This document shows, one piece after another, positions 39,227 through 47,329 of a DNA stretch of 63,736 nucleotides (position 1 is its first letter; each line of letters begins with the position of its first letter). The position numbers and the translations under genes are program-made. The notes beneath the pieces are model-generated. The model was given only the letters and a program-made list of their open reading frames with translations, did no database searches and was not told where the DNA came from. This DNA comes from a virus (lineage: Duplodnaviria > Caudoviricetes), in the IMG/VR virus record IMGVR_UViG_3300020045_009460, positions 1 to 63,736 of that record, one strand, 5' to 3'.

Positions 39227-39649
39227 TCAATATGAGACGCGAGCTGGTTGAGACATATCTGCGGTATAGGTATCGCTGATATGCCGCCCGCTTTCCCCAG
39301 CTTTCTCAGTTTGTCCCTCATGCTTGTGGGCTGTGATGGTGGCGGGTCTGATAGCGGATTCTTCTCTATGCGTCTCGTCCTCTTCAAGAAGATCGGCCAC
39401 GAGAATGGCGTAACCGCCGATGTCACGCCATGAGTCAACATTGTGAGCATTGCCATTAGCGATACGTGCGATTTTATGGGAAATCATGTTTATTGATTCT
39501 TCCATGTACTCCGGGATCTGGGTAGGAGTGTTTACGCGCATATGCCCAAGGATTATATCGCGTAATTTTTTGCTCAATTCAGCTTGGTCGCGATAACTCC
39601 CGTACTGCTTGCCGCGTTCCTCAAGGATTTTGGTCATTTTATCGGACAT
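39227..39649 (-). CDS. DUF6378-like protein
   Basis: ILEERGKQYG...MISHKIARIANG....DSWRDIGGYA. Confidence 0.75.
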   Translation of the reverse strand: MSDKMTKILEERGKQYGSYRDQAELSKKLRDIILGHMRVNTPTQIPEYMEESINMISHKIARIANGNAHNVDSWRDIGGYAILVADLLEEDETHREESAIRPATITAHKHEGQTEKAGESGRHISDTYTADMSQPARVSY

Positions 39650-40062
39650 ACAATCTCTCCATGTTTTGATATTAATATAGCTGAATCTACGGCATAATCT
39701 ATTGTAGATACTTTGAAATGCAAGCGCCCGGCCAGATGCGCGATATTGAAAATAGCATCCGGCTCTGAGACTGATTTCGCCGGGAGTACGTAGTAACAGT
39801 TATCGTCACCAATTATCATCACCGGATTTCCACCCGCTTTGATGCGGTCTTTAAACCAGCGGTACTGAGTGGGCCGGATTTCAATGCCCCCGCCCTTTTT
39901 AACCACTTTAAGCTCTATCTGGGTAATGTGGCCATCGATACAACAGTCAGCGTCGGGAAATCCGGCTGATGTCATATGCGACTCTACCCAAGATAGATGT
40001 GAACGGGGATATTTCCTGCTCACAGAGTCGGCTAACTCATCCCGGAGTTCTGATTCTTTCAT
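39634..40062 (-). CDS. VRR-NUC/Holliday-junction-resolvase-like nuclease
   Basis: KESEL...GFPD...IELK...IRPTQ..W...GG; ATGA-coupled to datZ. Confidence 0.8.
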   Translation of the reverse strand: MKESELRDELADSVSRKYPRSHLSWVESHMTSAGFPDADCCIDGHITQIELKVVKKGGGIEIRPTQYRWFKDRIKAGGNPVMIIGDDNCYYVLPAKSVSEPDAIFNIAHLAGRLHFKVSTIDYAVDSAILISKHGEIVCPIK

Positions 40063-40637
40063 AGTACCGGCCATTTCAAATCGTAATTCTGACACCATGA
40101 ATGAGTAATGTGATAGACATCATCACGAGCTTGTGAAACAGCATTGAAAGCAATAGGTCCTTCTGCGCATATGGAGGGCAGTTTAACCATAAAATCATCA
40201 AAAGCGTGGATGATATATGACTGAACGCTCGATGCTCTGATATCCGCTTGGTCAACATTAACTTCGCACCAATATATCGACTCTATCAAATCAGCCGCTT
40301 TGATGATCCATTTATATGTTGACGGAGTGTTTTCGAAGCCGTCTCTTTCAGCCAAAGCAGCCACTTCAATGCCTACATTTCGCAGAGCTATTTTGACATG
40401 GGACGGAATATCCCCTGTTGTCATTTCATCCATATCATGACACGCACCTAAGTAAAAGGCATGATCCGGGTTGATGCCGATAGCACCGTGGTCCACAGCG
40501 TTTTCGGCAATGTGCTTAGCCAAGAATGCCACCCGGAATGAATGTTGGGCCACATCTTGGGGCGATTTGGTGGTGACCATGTGAAAACGCGTCACTTCGT
40601 TTAGGTGCCACGCTGCTCTTAATTTTCTGATGTCCAT
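40059..40637 (-). CDS. datZ: HD-domain dATP triphosphohydrolase
   Basis: VTRFH...VAQHSF...HDMDE..TGDIPS.VK...IKAADLIE; in the purZ operon. Confidence 0.85.
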   Translation of the reverse strand: MDIRKLRAAWHLNEVTRFHMVTTKSPQDVAQHSFRVAFLAKHIAENAVDHGAIGINPDHAFYLGACHDMDEMTTGDIPSHVKIALRNVGIEVAALAERDGFENTPSTYKWIIKAADLIESIYWCEVNVDQADIRASSVQSYIIHAFDDFMVKLPSICAEGPIAFNAVSQARDDVYHITHSWCQNYDLKWPVL

Positions 40638-40639
40638 AG

Positions 40640-40954
40640 TTAAATCTCTTTGTTGTGCTGCAGACATCCACCGCTGGGGTGCCATGTCCGCTTTTTGTTT
40701 ATTTCTAATTTATCGTAGAATGCTTCAGCTGGATTGATATCGTGAAGTTTGGCTACATCAAGAACCAAAATAAGTATATCGGCTATCTCGCCTGCTACGT
40801 CTTTGGTTCCTAGCGTCACAGCCTCCATTAACTCGGCTACTTCGCCTGCCATCTTAATAACAGTGCGGCGGGAATCTCTCCCCGCCAACAATGTTTCAAT
40901 CCAAGCCGCTTGCGCTTCCACCATGTTATTAATGTCTGGCGAGCGGCTGTCCAT
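40640..40954 (-). CDS. mazZ: MazG-like/DUF550 (d)GTP diphosphohydrolase
   Basis: K..GEVAEL...GEIADILIL...KLEINKKRTW; between purZ and datZ. Confidence 0.85.
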   Translation of the reverse strand: MDSRSPDINNMVEAQAAWIETLLAGRDSRRTVIKMAGEVAELMEAVTLGTKDVAGEIADILILVLDVAKLHDINPAEAFYDKLEINKKRTWHPSGGCLQHNKEI

Positions 40955-42036
40955 TATTCGCCATCCAGAGCGTTTTCGTAGCCTTCCGAGTAGCGCTCTA
41001 AGAATTCGTCAACACTGATCACCTGATCGCGGCGAGGGCCGGTCCCGACCATAGTGATGATGTCTTTGTCGATATAGCCCAGATCGCCCATCATCTCGTT
41101 AACCTGTTCGATAACATCAACTGCTTGATGAGGGTTGTAATTGACAAAATTGAGCATCACTTCATCGATGCCGTTGGCGATAATTGCTTCGTGGATCTGC
41201 GCATAGCTAAACGAGAATACGCGGCGAACACGTTTGGTCACAGTGGTGAGTTCTGGAGCCACCCCGAGCTGTTCCCAAGTGAGTTCTTCCTGATCCGGGT
41301 AAATATCGCCGCTAAAGCCATCGGCAGTATTGCCGACGCGGATCGGATGGAGACGGGCCACACCGATGGCTTTGCGAAGCCAACCGGCTGGGATGGCGCA
41401 GTCGGCCATGTAGCGAGTAACAGTACAGTCGCGAGATGTGCAGTACGGGTAGAAGCCTGAATTGTGCCCCAGCGAGTAACCCTGAGCGCCCTCAACCAAA
41501 ATGCTCTCAGATTCGAGGAGATGCTGCAAATAGTCGGCATGGCTCACAACATATTTATCAAGGCCGTACTCGGCCAGCAGCGGCATCTGATCGCGAGCAA
41601 TAGCACCCACTTCGCGGCGTATTTTTGACACGACCGCTTCACCTGAACCCTGCATAGTAGAAGAGATGCGGGATAATGTTTGCTGTTCTTTGTCCTTCAT
41701 CTCCTGTGTGACGATCATGCAGGCTTCATGAATAACAAAAATCTTTCCTTCAATAAGGTCCGCCACACCTTTTAATTCTTCCGCCAGACGTGCGGGGGAG
41801 AATGCGCTTCCCGGACCCATCATGATGCGTTTGGACACCATTACCGCGTTAGGCATGGCTTTGTGCATCCATACGCGCCCTTCCGGAGTGACAGTGGTGT
41901 GGCCCGCGTTGGGAAGATTGGCGTTAATCACAGTATCGTATTTGTTAGCTACTGCAAGATAGTCACACAGCAACCCTTTACCAGTAGAACCGAACTGCAA
42001 GTCTACTACCACATCTACTTTACGATTGTTTTTCAT
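40954..42036 (-). CDS. purZ: N6-succino-2-amino-2'-deoxyadenylate synthase
   Basis: PurA fold (NAGHT, EGAQG, YPYCTSR, TTVT.R.RR) with GSTGKG in place of GDEGKG and NFVN in place of TKLD. Confidence 0.95.
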   Translation of the reverse strand: MKNNRKVDVVVDLQFGSTGKGLLCDYLAVANKYDTVINANLPNAGHTTVTPEGRVWMHKAMPNAVMVSKRIMMGPGSAFSPARLAEELKGVADLIEGKIFVIHEACMIVTQEMKDKEQQTLSRISSTMQGSGEAVVSKIRREVGAIARDQMPLLAEYGLDKYVVSHADYLQHLLESESILVEGAQGYSLGHNSGFYPYCTSRDCTVTRYMADCAIPAGWLRKAIGVARLHPIRVGNTADGFSGDIYPDQEELTWEQLGVAPELTTVTKRVRRVFSFSYAQIHEAIIANGIDEVMLNFVNYNPHQAVDVIEQVNEMMGDLGYIDKDIITMVGTGPRRDQVISVDEFLERYSEGYENALDGE

Positions 42037-42112
42037 TACTTTTCTCCGTATAGGCCTCTGCGGCCCGGATTGTGGGAAGTCTAATTAGACCTCCCGTTTC
42101 AACTACGACGTT

Positions 42113-42141
42113 ATTGTATCACGTCTAGGTCATGCTGTCAA
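42113..42141 (-). promoter_or_regulatory. sigma70 promoter of purZ-mazZ-datZ
   Basis: TTGACA-17-TACAAT with TGn. Confidence 0.85.
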
Positions 42142-42167
42142 GTATTCTATCGTACCAAGAATTAAAC

Positions 42168-42980
42168 TTAAAGCTGAACTTTCGGCCTGTTGCTGATGAT
42201 AAGTTCCCCGTAAGAGCCTTGGTTCGATGTGCGCTTGATGGTGGACTTAGTCTCCACCCGTTCAATAGTATACCCTTCATACATCTCGCGCACTTCGGGG
42301 ATATCAGAATTAGTAAGAATGACCCGGCATCCCAACACATCAAGCCTTTTGAACTCGTCACATAGCTTTATGTGATCATAAGTAGTAAAGCCGCGTGACG
42401 TATAATCAACGTGGCCGTTGGCAGTGAAAGGCATATAGGGAGGGTCCATAAACACTACATCCCCCGGCACAGCTAAAGCCGTAGTAAGCTCGTAGGATTG
42501 AGTATAGATCCGGGAATGTCGTATACACCGCAGCACCTTTTGTGCGCTATCTAAAACATGACCATTAATTATTGGCGATACTTCACTGCGTCGGTGGTCA
42601 TAAGGAACGTTAAAACCGCCTTTTTTGTTGACACGCCACAGCCCATTAACGCACAATTTATTTAAGTATATAAATCTGGATGCGACATTAACATTATATG
42701 TCGGCGACAGTGAACGGACCGTAGCGTAATCCCACGGGTTGTTGTCCCATGAATTCACCCTTTCTGCCAGCTCAGACCCCATCGCATGTATTACTCTATA
42801 CGCCTCCATCAAATCTGGATTAGCATCACCGATGATTGCTGTGCTAGGCTCTAGGTGGAAAAATAAGGCCCCCGCTCCGAAAAATGGCTCAATATATGTT
42901 CCGTACTCTGAGGGCATGTGCTCCATCAATTTAGGAATCATACGTCGTTTGCCGCCAGCCCACCTGAAAATTGGTAACAT
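42168..42980 (-). CDS. dam: Dam-family N6-adenine DNA methyltransferase
   Basis: RWAGGK, YIEPFFGAGA, NGLWRVNKKGGFNVPY, FMDPPY, LTNSD, ELIISN. Confidence 0.92.
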   Translation of the reverse strand: MLPIFRWAGGKRRMIPKLMEHMPSEYGTYIEPFFGAGALFFHLEPSTAIIGDANPDLMEAYRVIHAMGSELAERVNSWDNNPWDYATVRSLSPTYNVNVASRFIYLNKLCVNGLWRVNKKGGFNVPYDHRRSEVSPIINGHVLDSAQKVLRCIRHSRIYTQSYELTTALAVPGDVVFMDPPYMPFTANGHVDYTSRGFTTYDHIKLCDEFKRLDVLGCRVILTNSDIPEVREMYEGYTIERVETKSTIKRTSNQGSYGELIISNRPKVQL

Positions 42981-42988
42981 AATGTCCC

Positions 42989-44854
42989 CTAATAAAGATA
43001 TTGGCCTTTGGCCGTAGATGCTTCGAAATATGTTTTCCCGGTGCCGTTTAGTTCCAACATCATAGGAACCCGCATCCAAGGAAATGAATCCTGAAAAGAA
43101 TTGATCACATCTAAACACACTTCGGCCACGTCTTTTTCAAGTGGAATAGAGAATTCAAACGAGTCATGCACATTTAAAAGCAAAAAAGAATCGTGACGGG
43201 CTAACGTAGCCTCCAAGACAACTAGAGCCGTTTTGTTGACGTCCGCTGCTGTTCCTTGAATTATCAGGCCTGATGCCGCATACGACTTATGCCCACGCGG
43301 GAATCGCATCCTCCGGCCAGAATGGGTTCTTACCCATCCTCGTTGCTCGGCACATCTTTTGGCACGCTCGGCCAAATCTTTAACACCTTTCACCTTTTGA
43401 TGGTATATGGCTATGGCATCTTTCGCTTCTTTGCCCGCTTTTTTATAAGTGATCAGTTCGCCACGGGATGTAAAAGATTCCCACTTAAACGGTAGGCCCA
43501 GTTTCTCAGCTATTGCTCCATCCCCGGAATTAAATATCATTGACAAATTCAGCTGTTTGGCATTGACCTCCCCGGAATATGTCGCGTTTCGCTTAATGCC
43601 CATTAGGTCGGCGGTGAATTGATGGAAGTCAAGTTCAGGGTTTTCCGCATATGCACTAATAACTATTTCATTGTTAGCTAGGTGGGCGAACACCCGGACA
43701 TCGCATGACATGATATCTGTACTGCCCCAACGGTGCCCTACTTCGGGCAAAAAGCATGATTTAACTATTTTCGCTACTCGCTTGTTGCGTGATGGAATCT
43801 GTTGCAGTGCGGGTTCTTGGTACGACAATCGCCCGGTGCCAGTCCCTCCGTCCTCCCCCTTGCATTGGTTTATGGATGGGTACACACGGCCATCCACCGC
43901 ATGGCCTATTACGTGTCCTTTTAGGAATGTATCACGCGTTTTGATATTAGAGCGGATATCTACTATCAATTGCGCTTTTGGGTCATTTACCATTTCACGT
44001 AGAATAGAAGATGGAATTGATGGCCCCCCTGTTTTTTTCGCTGTTTCGATTTGGTATCCGTTGTTGGCCACCCAAACATTGCCCTCTTTTCGAGGCTCGA
44101 ACACTTTTTTTATTTGGGGTGCGCTATTCACGTTTATCTCAAATCCGACCATTTCATTTATCTTTTTCTGGTCTTCTGTGATAATAGTATCCAGCTCCAA
44201 AATAGCTGCGTTAGCTGCTACAAGGTCAACCCTTACACCCCGGCGAGTCATGCGCTGCAACGTAGGGAATATGCTCATTTCGAAGTCGACGACCTCGTGC
44301 AAATCATCTTCCTTTATTTTGGCCACCTGCCAATCATACAGCCGTAAAGTAAGAGAGGTATCCTGCTTAGCATAAGGCCCCACTAACTCGGGGGGCGCTT
44401 TATGCAAGTTTGGCATTTGAGCAGACCGGGTAGCTTTCCCCCCGAAAATAGCCGCCAATTTTTCGTAAATATCATCCACTTTGTTATCTTTCAAATATTT
44501 TTTAGATAGAGCATCTAATGAATACTCCATCTCATGCTCATTTATTAGGCACGCCTGTATTTGGGTGCATCGTACTTGATCCAAAGGGATTTCTAGGCCC
44601 ATACCGTAGCCCATTTTACAGTCAAAGTGGGCATTGTGCATAGCGATGACGCCTTTGTATGACTTCATCTGTTTATTAAACCAGCGCTTTATCTCCGGCT
44701 GGCGTCGCACATCCCAGTAATAGTCATTCCCATCGGGGGTGGACACCGACACGCCGAACACTTTATCGCGCGGATAATATAATCCAGTGGCTTCTGTATC
44801 GAACGCAATCTTGTCAAATGATGATAATTCGGGAAATACTTCAGGTGCGTACAT
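42989..44854 (-). CDS. dpoZ: Family A DNA polymerase, DpoZ type
   Basis: Exonuclease DTE/HNAHFD/YAKQD; TGRLS; motif B NAKQLNLSMIFNSG; motif C HDS; next to purZ. Confidence 0.88.
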   Translation of the reverse strand: MYAPEVFPELSSFDKIAFDTEATGLYYPRDKVFGVSVSTPDGNDYYWDVRRQPEIKRWFNKQMKSYKGVIAMHNAHFDCKMGYGMGLEIPLDQVRCTQIQACLINEHEMEYSLDALSKKYLKDNKVDDIYEKLAAIFGGKATRSAQMPNLHKAPPELVGPYAKQDTSLTLRLYDWQVAKIKEDDLHEVVDFEMSIFPTLQRMTRRGVRVDLVAANAAILELDTIITEDQKKINEMVGFEINVNSAPQIKKVFEPRKEGNVWVANNGYQIETAKKTGGPSIPSSILREMVNDPKAQLIVDIRSNIKTRDTFLKGHVIGHAVDGRVYPSINQCKGEDGGTGTGRLSYQEPALQQIPSRNKRVAKIVKSCFLPEVGHRWGSTDIMSCDVRVFAHLANNEIVISAYAENPELDFHQFTADLMGIKRNATYSGEVNAKQLNLSMIFNSGDGAIAEKLGLPFKWESFTSRGELITYKKAGKEAKDAIAIYHQKVKGVKDLAERAKRCAEQRGWVRTHSGRRMRFPRGHKSYAASGLIIQGTAADVNKTALVVLEATLARHDSFLLLNVHDSFEFSIPLEKDVAEVCLDVINSFQDSFPWMRVPMMLELNGTGKTYFEASTAKGQYLY

Positions 44855-44863
44855 AGCGGCCCC

Positions 44864-45112
44864 TTAGAATGGTTGGTCATCAGGGCCGTTTGATGTTGGG
44901 ATGTGCGACGGTTGGCGCTGCTGTGTTTTGGCGGTTACCTTCAAAGATAGGAATGGTTCACCTGTCCGACTAGTTTTCTTCCAGCCGGACACAAAAAATT
45001 CTTTCCCTTCCACGTTGACGCTTCCGGTGTAGTCAGGGCTTGTTGGAGTGCGTTTTTCTTTAGCGCGGAACAGTGCGCCTGAATTTGTAGGGTCGTACGA
45101 TTTATTTTCCAT
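44864..45112 (-). CDS. Small ssDNA-binding-like protein (DUF736-like)
   Basis: NSGALF...PDYTG...SGW....G..FLSL; acidic DDQPF tail. Confidence 0.7.
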   Translation of the reverse strand: MENKSYDPTNSGALFRAKEKRTPTSPDYTGSVNVEGKEFFVSGWKKTSRTGEPFLSLKVTAKTQQRQPSHIPTSNGPDDQPF

Positions 45113-45163
45113 CGATTTTTCCTGTTTTGGGCTAGGCCCCTATACGAATATGGCGGATATTGA

Positions 45164-45187
45164 AAGGCCGGGAGATCTCCCGGCCTT
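45164..45187. terminator. Palindromic hairpin after the SSB-like gene
   Basis: Perfect 24-bp palindrome AAGGCCGGGAGA-TCTCCCGGCCTT. Confidence 0.6.
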
Positions 45188-45192
45188 GGGTT

Positions 45193-45966
45193 TTAGAATT
45201 CTTTTTCTTCTTCGGCGGAGTAGTTGGAACCCTTGGCCCCCGATTCCTCCGCGTCAGGCTCATGGTTGGTGGTTACCGCCTTGTCTTTCAAGAACTCGTA
45301 CAAAGATTCTGCTTCTTTATACGTGGCCTGATTGACAAACCCAGCTGGACGGGCGTCATAGGTGTAATAATCGCCCTTAGCGGAACTTGCCTCCACCGTG
45401 GATACTGTATACGCCTTGGCAAAACGATCGACGCCAGACATCGTAACCAAAGAGTTCAACTTACGGCTGAATTTAATAGCCGATTTGGTACATGCGACGA
45501 TGGCTTGCTCAAGACCGCCATCTGGCTTGACGATGAACCCGATATGGGAGTGGCTTTCCATCAATTCAACGTCGTCGCCATCTTCCATCGCTTCGATCTC
45601 AGTGCGCGCACGCACTTCATCACTGAAAGGCCATGCACCTTTGAAGCCACCGCCTTTTTCACGGTCTTTGAAAGCAATCCATTCTTTGCGGAACAGAACC
45701 GGCACGAACAGGAGACCTTCATCGCCATAAAGCTCATCGGTCAAAGTGTTATACAAGCGGCCTTGCTCCGCACCGGCGATGTATTTGGGGTCATTCTTTT
45801 TCAACTGCGGAGAAATCGCCTGAATGATGCCGATGCGGGGCAACATAATGTCGTTTGAATCGACCTGCTCATTACCACGAGCGTCACCCTTTTTCAGCCA
45901 TTCTGGCATTTGGTCAGCGGCGGCCAGAAGAGCGGTGTGAGTTGCGGCGATTTGGGTTTTTGACAT
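45193..45966 (-). CDS. Putative ssDNA-binding protein
   Basis: PRI.IIQA.SPQ...GA..G...NTLT.E; acidic C-terminus ending in F. Confidence 0.65.
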   Translation of the reverse strand: MSKTQIAATHTALLAAADQMPEWLKKGDARGNEQVDSNDIMLPRIGIIQAISPQLKKNDPKYIAGAEQGRLYNTLTDELYGDEGLLFVPVLFRKEWIAFKDREKGGGFKGAWPFSDEVRARTEIEAMEDGDDVELMESHSHIGFIVKPDGGLEQAIVACTKSAIKFSRKLNSLVTMSGVDRFAKAYTVSTVEASSAKGDYYTYDARPAGFVNQATYKEAESLYEFLKDKAVTTNHEPDAEESGAKGSNYSAEEEKEF

Positions 45967-46045
45967 TTTTATTACTCTCTATATTAGTTAAGGTTTCGTT
46001 AGTTAGAGGTTTGGTTAAGGGTTCCCTCCATCCCCAGTACTGAGT

Positions 46046-46074
46046 ATTATACCACATCCGTGTGGCTCTGTCAA
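46046..46074 (-). promoter_or_regulatory. sigma70 promoter
   Basis: TTGACA-17-TATAAT; spacer CCACA-CGGA-TGTGG. Confidence 0.9.
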
Positions 46075-46080
46075 TTACCC

Positions 46081-46611
46081 TTATTTAGGCTCTTTTGACT
46101 TTTTGGTGGCAACTTTTACCAGACTTACTTTAGAGTAGGGGGTGCATTTAAACAATTCCTCGGGGGTCACCCGGCCTGATTGGATGCCCTCTTTAAGCCA
46201 CGCTTTTAAGGATGATGCGTTTACTGTCTCTTGGATCATGTCGCCGTAGTTATTATCCCGCAGCCATTTATATGCTTCCTCGCGTTTCTCGGCCGAGATG
46301 GATGCATAGACATCGCCAGATACTTGGACTCTTCCGACCCCTTCAACAGTAAACGTGCGTAATTCCATTTCAATCATTAAGTCCGGCACTTCTTTTAGCT
46401 TGAGCTGATCGAATTCAGCGTTTAATTGCTTGCGCACCAAATCAAGCGCGTCATGAATTTCGGTCAGCTGTTTAATGCGCTTAGCGAGATTGGTCAGCAG
46501 CATGATCGGTTCGCCGGTGCGGTCGGGCTTTGTTGCTTCCAAACCACGGCCCACACGTTCAATGACGGTGATGACATCTTCGGTGGTCGGCGTGCGTTTT
46601 TCTTGGTTCAT
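46081..46611 (-). CDS. Conserved replication-module protein
   Basis: P.LM...A..WLR.N..G..I..TVN..SLKAW. Confidence 0.7.
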   Translation of the reverse strand: MNQEKRTPTTEDVITVIERVGRGLEATKPDRTGEPIMLLTNLAKRIKQLTEIHDALDLVRKQLNAEFDQLKLKEVPDLMIEMELRTFTVEGVGRVQVSGDVYASISAEKREEAYKWLRDNNYGDMIQETVNASSLKAWLKEGIQSGRVTPEELFKCTPYSKVSLVKVATKKSKEPK

Positions 46612-46619
46612 GTTGTTAC

Positions 46620-47234
46620 CTATTTAGTGTTGGCGTTTCGTGTTGCGGAGGAGTTTGCTTCATCGCGATCTGGGTTATAGCGGCCCAAGATATAATCCGG
46701 GCGACGACTGTCCGGTTGAGGGCAGGCGGCAATTATGCGCCAGCCGTTATCAAGCGCCGTCTGCAATTGGTCAGTGCAACTATCTTCAAGCAGCATGGTT
46801 TCATTTAAAATCATCAGCCCAAGCCCCGGCACGTGGACGTCGCACTTAGAATTATACGAGAGTTCCGGCATTTTTTCAGCCATCTCAGCTAACCGAGATT
46901 CCAACTTAAGCACAGCCGCCCCGACACTTTCAAGTGTTGCATCTACGGTCTTGGGCCGATGGCGTGACTTTATTGTAGGTTGTATGCCGATATCAATCAA
47001 GTTTAAGAACTGATCAATACTAGCTAACGCCTCAAAAGTTTTTATTTGGTAATAGCTAGAATAGGCGACATCATCGCTGATGTCATTTTCACTGCGGTTT
47101 TCTAAAGGCGCTGTGTAGACGATACCCACTGATGTAAGAGCAGCGTGGAATTTGTGATATGCCGCTGAATATTCAGTATATTTGTGGGTGTATGACAATG
47201 GTGCTTCAATATTTATTAACAGAACATCACTCAT
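46620..47234 (-). CDS. Conserved phage protein
   Basis: EDSCTDQLQ..LD.GWRIIA.CPQPDSRRPDYILGR. Confidence 0.7.
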   Translation of the reverse strand: MSDVLLINIEAPLSYTHKYTEYSAAYHKFHAALTSVGIVYTAPLENRSENDISDDVAYSSYYQIKTFEALASIDQFLNLIDIGIQPTIKSRHRPKTVDATLESVGAAVLKLESRLAEMAEKMPELSYNSKCDVHVPGLGLMILNETMLLEDSCTDQLQTALDNGWRIIAACPQPDSRRPDYILGRYNPDRDEANSSATRNANTK

Positions 47235-47297
47235 GATTACCTCATATTAATGTTTAAGTGGGGCTTTGATTCGGGGTCCCCGCTTCCCGATATTAAT

Positions 47298-47326
47298 ATT
47301 CTAACACATCCTTGTGGTCATGTCAA
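47298..47326 (-). promoter_or_regulatory. sigma70 promoter
   Basis: TTGACA-17-TAGAAT; spacer CACA-AGGA-TGTG. Confidence 0.85.
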
Positions 47327-47329
47327 GTA

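Noticed and set aside
40954-42036. Ordinary adenylosuccinate synthetase (purA) auxiliary gene, or GTP-using PurZ0
   Set aside because: The catalytic Asp of GDEGKG is Ser, the GTP-specifying TKLD is replaced by NFVN, and mazZ, datZ and dpoZ are adjacent; this fits canonical PurZ
43671-45858. Long + strand ORFs (43671-44375, 45160-45858) and similar antisense ORFs elsewhere
   Set aside because: Shadows of well-supported genes on the opposite strand; no RBS or motifs
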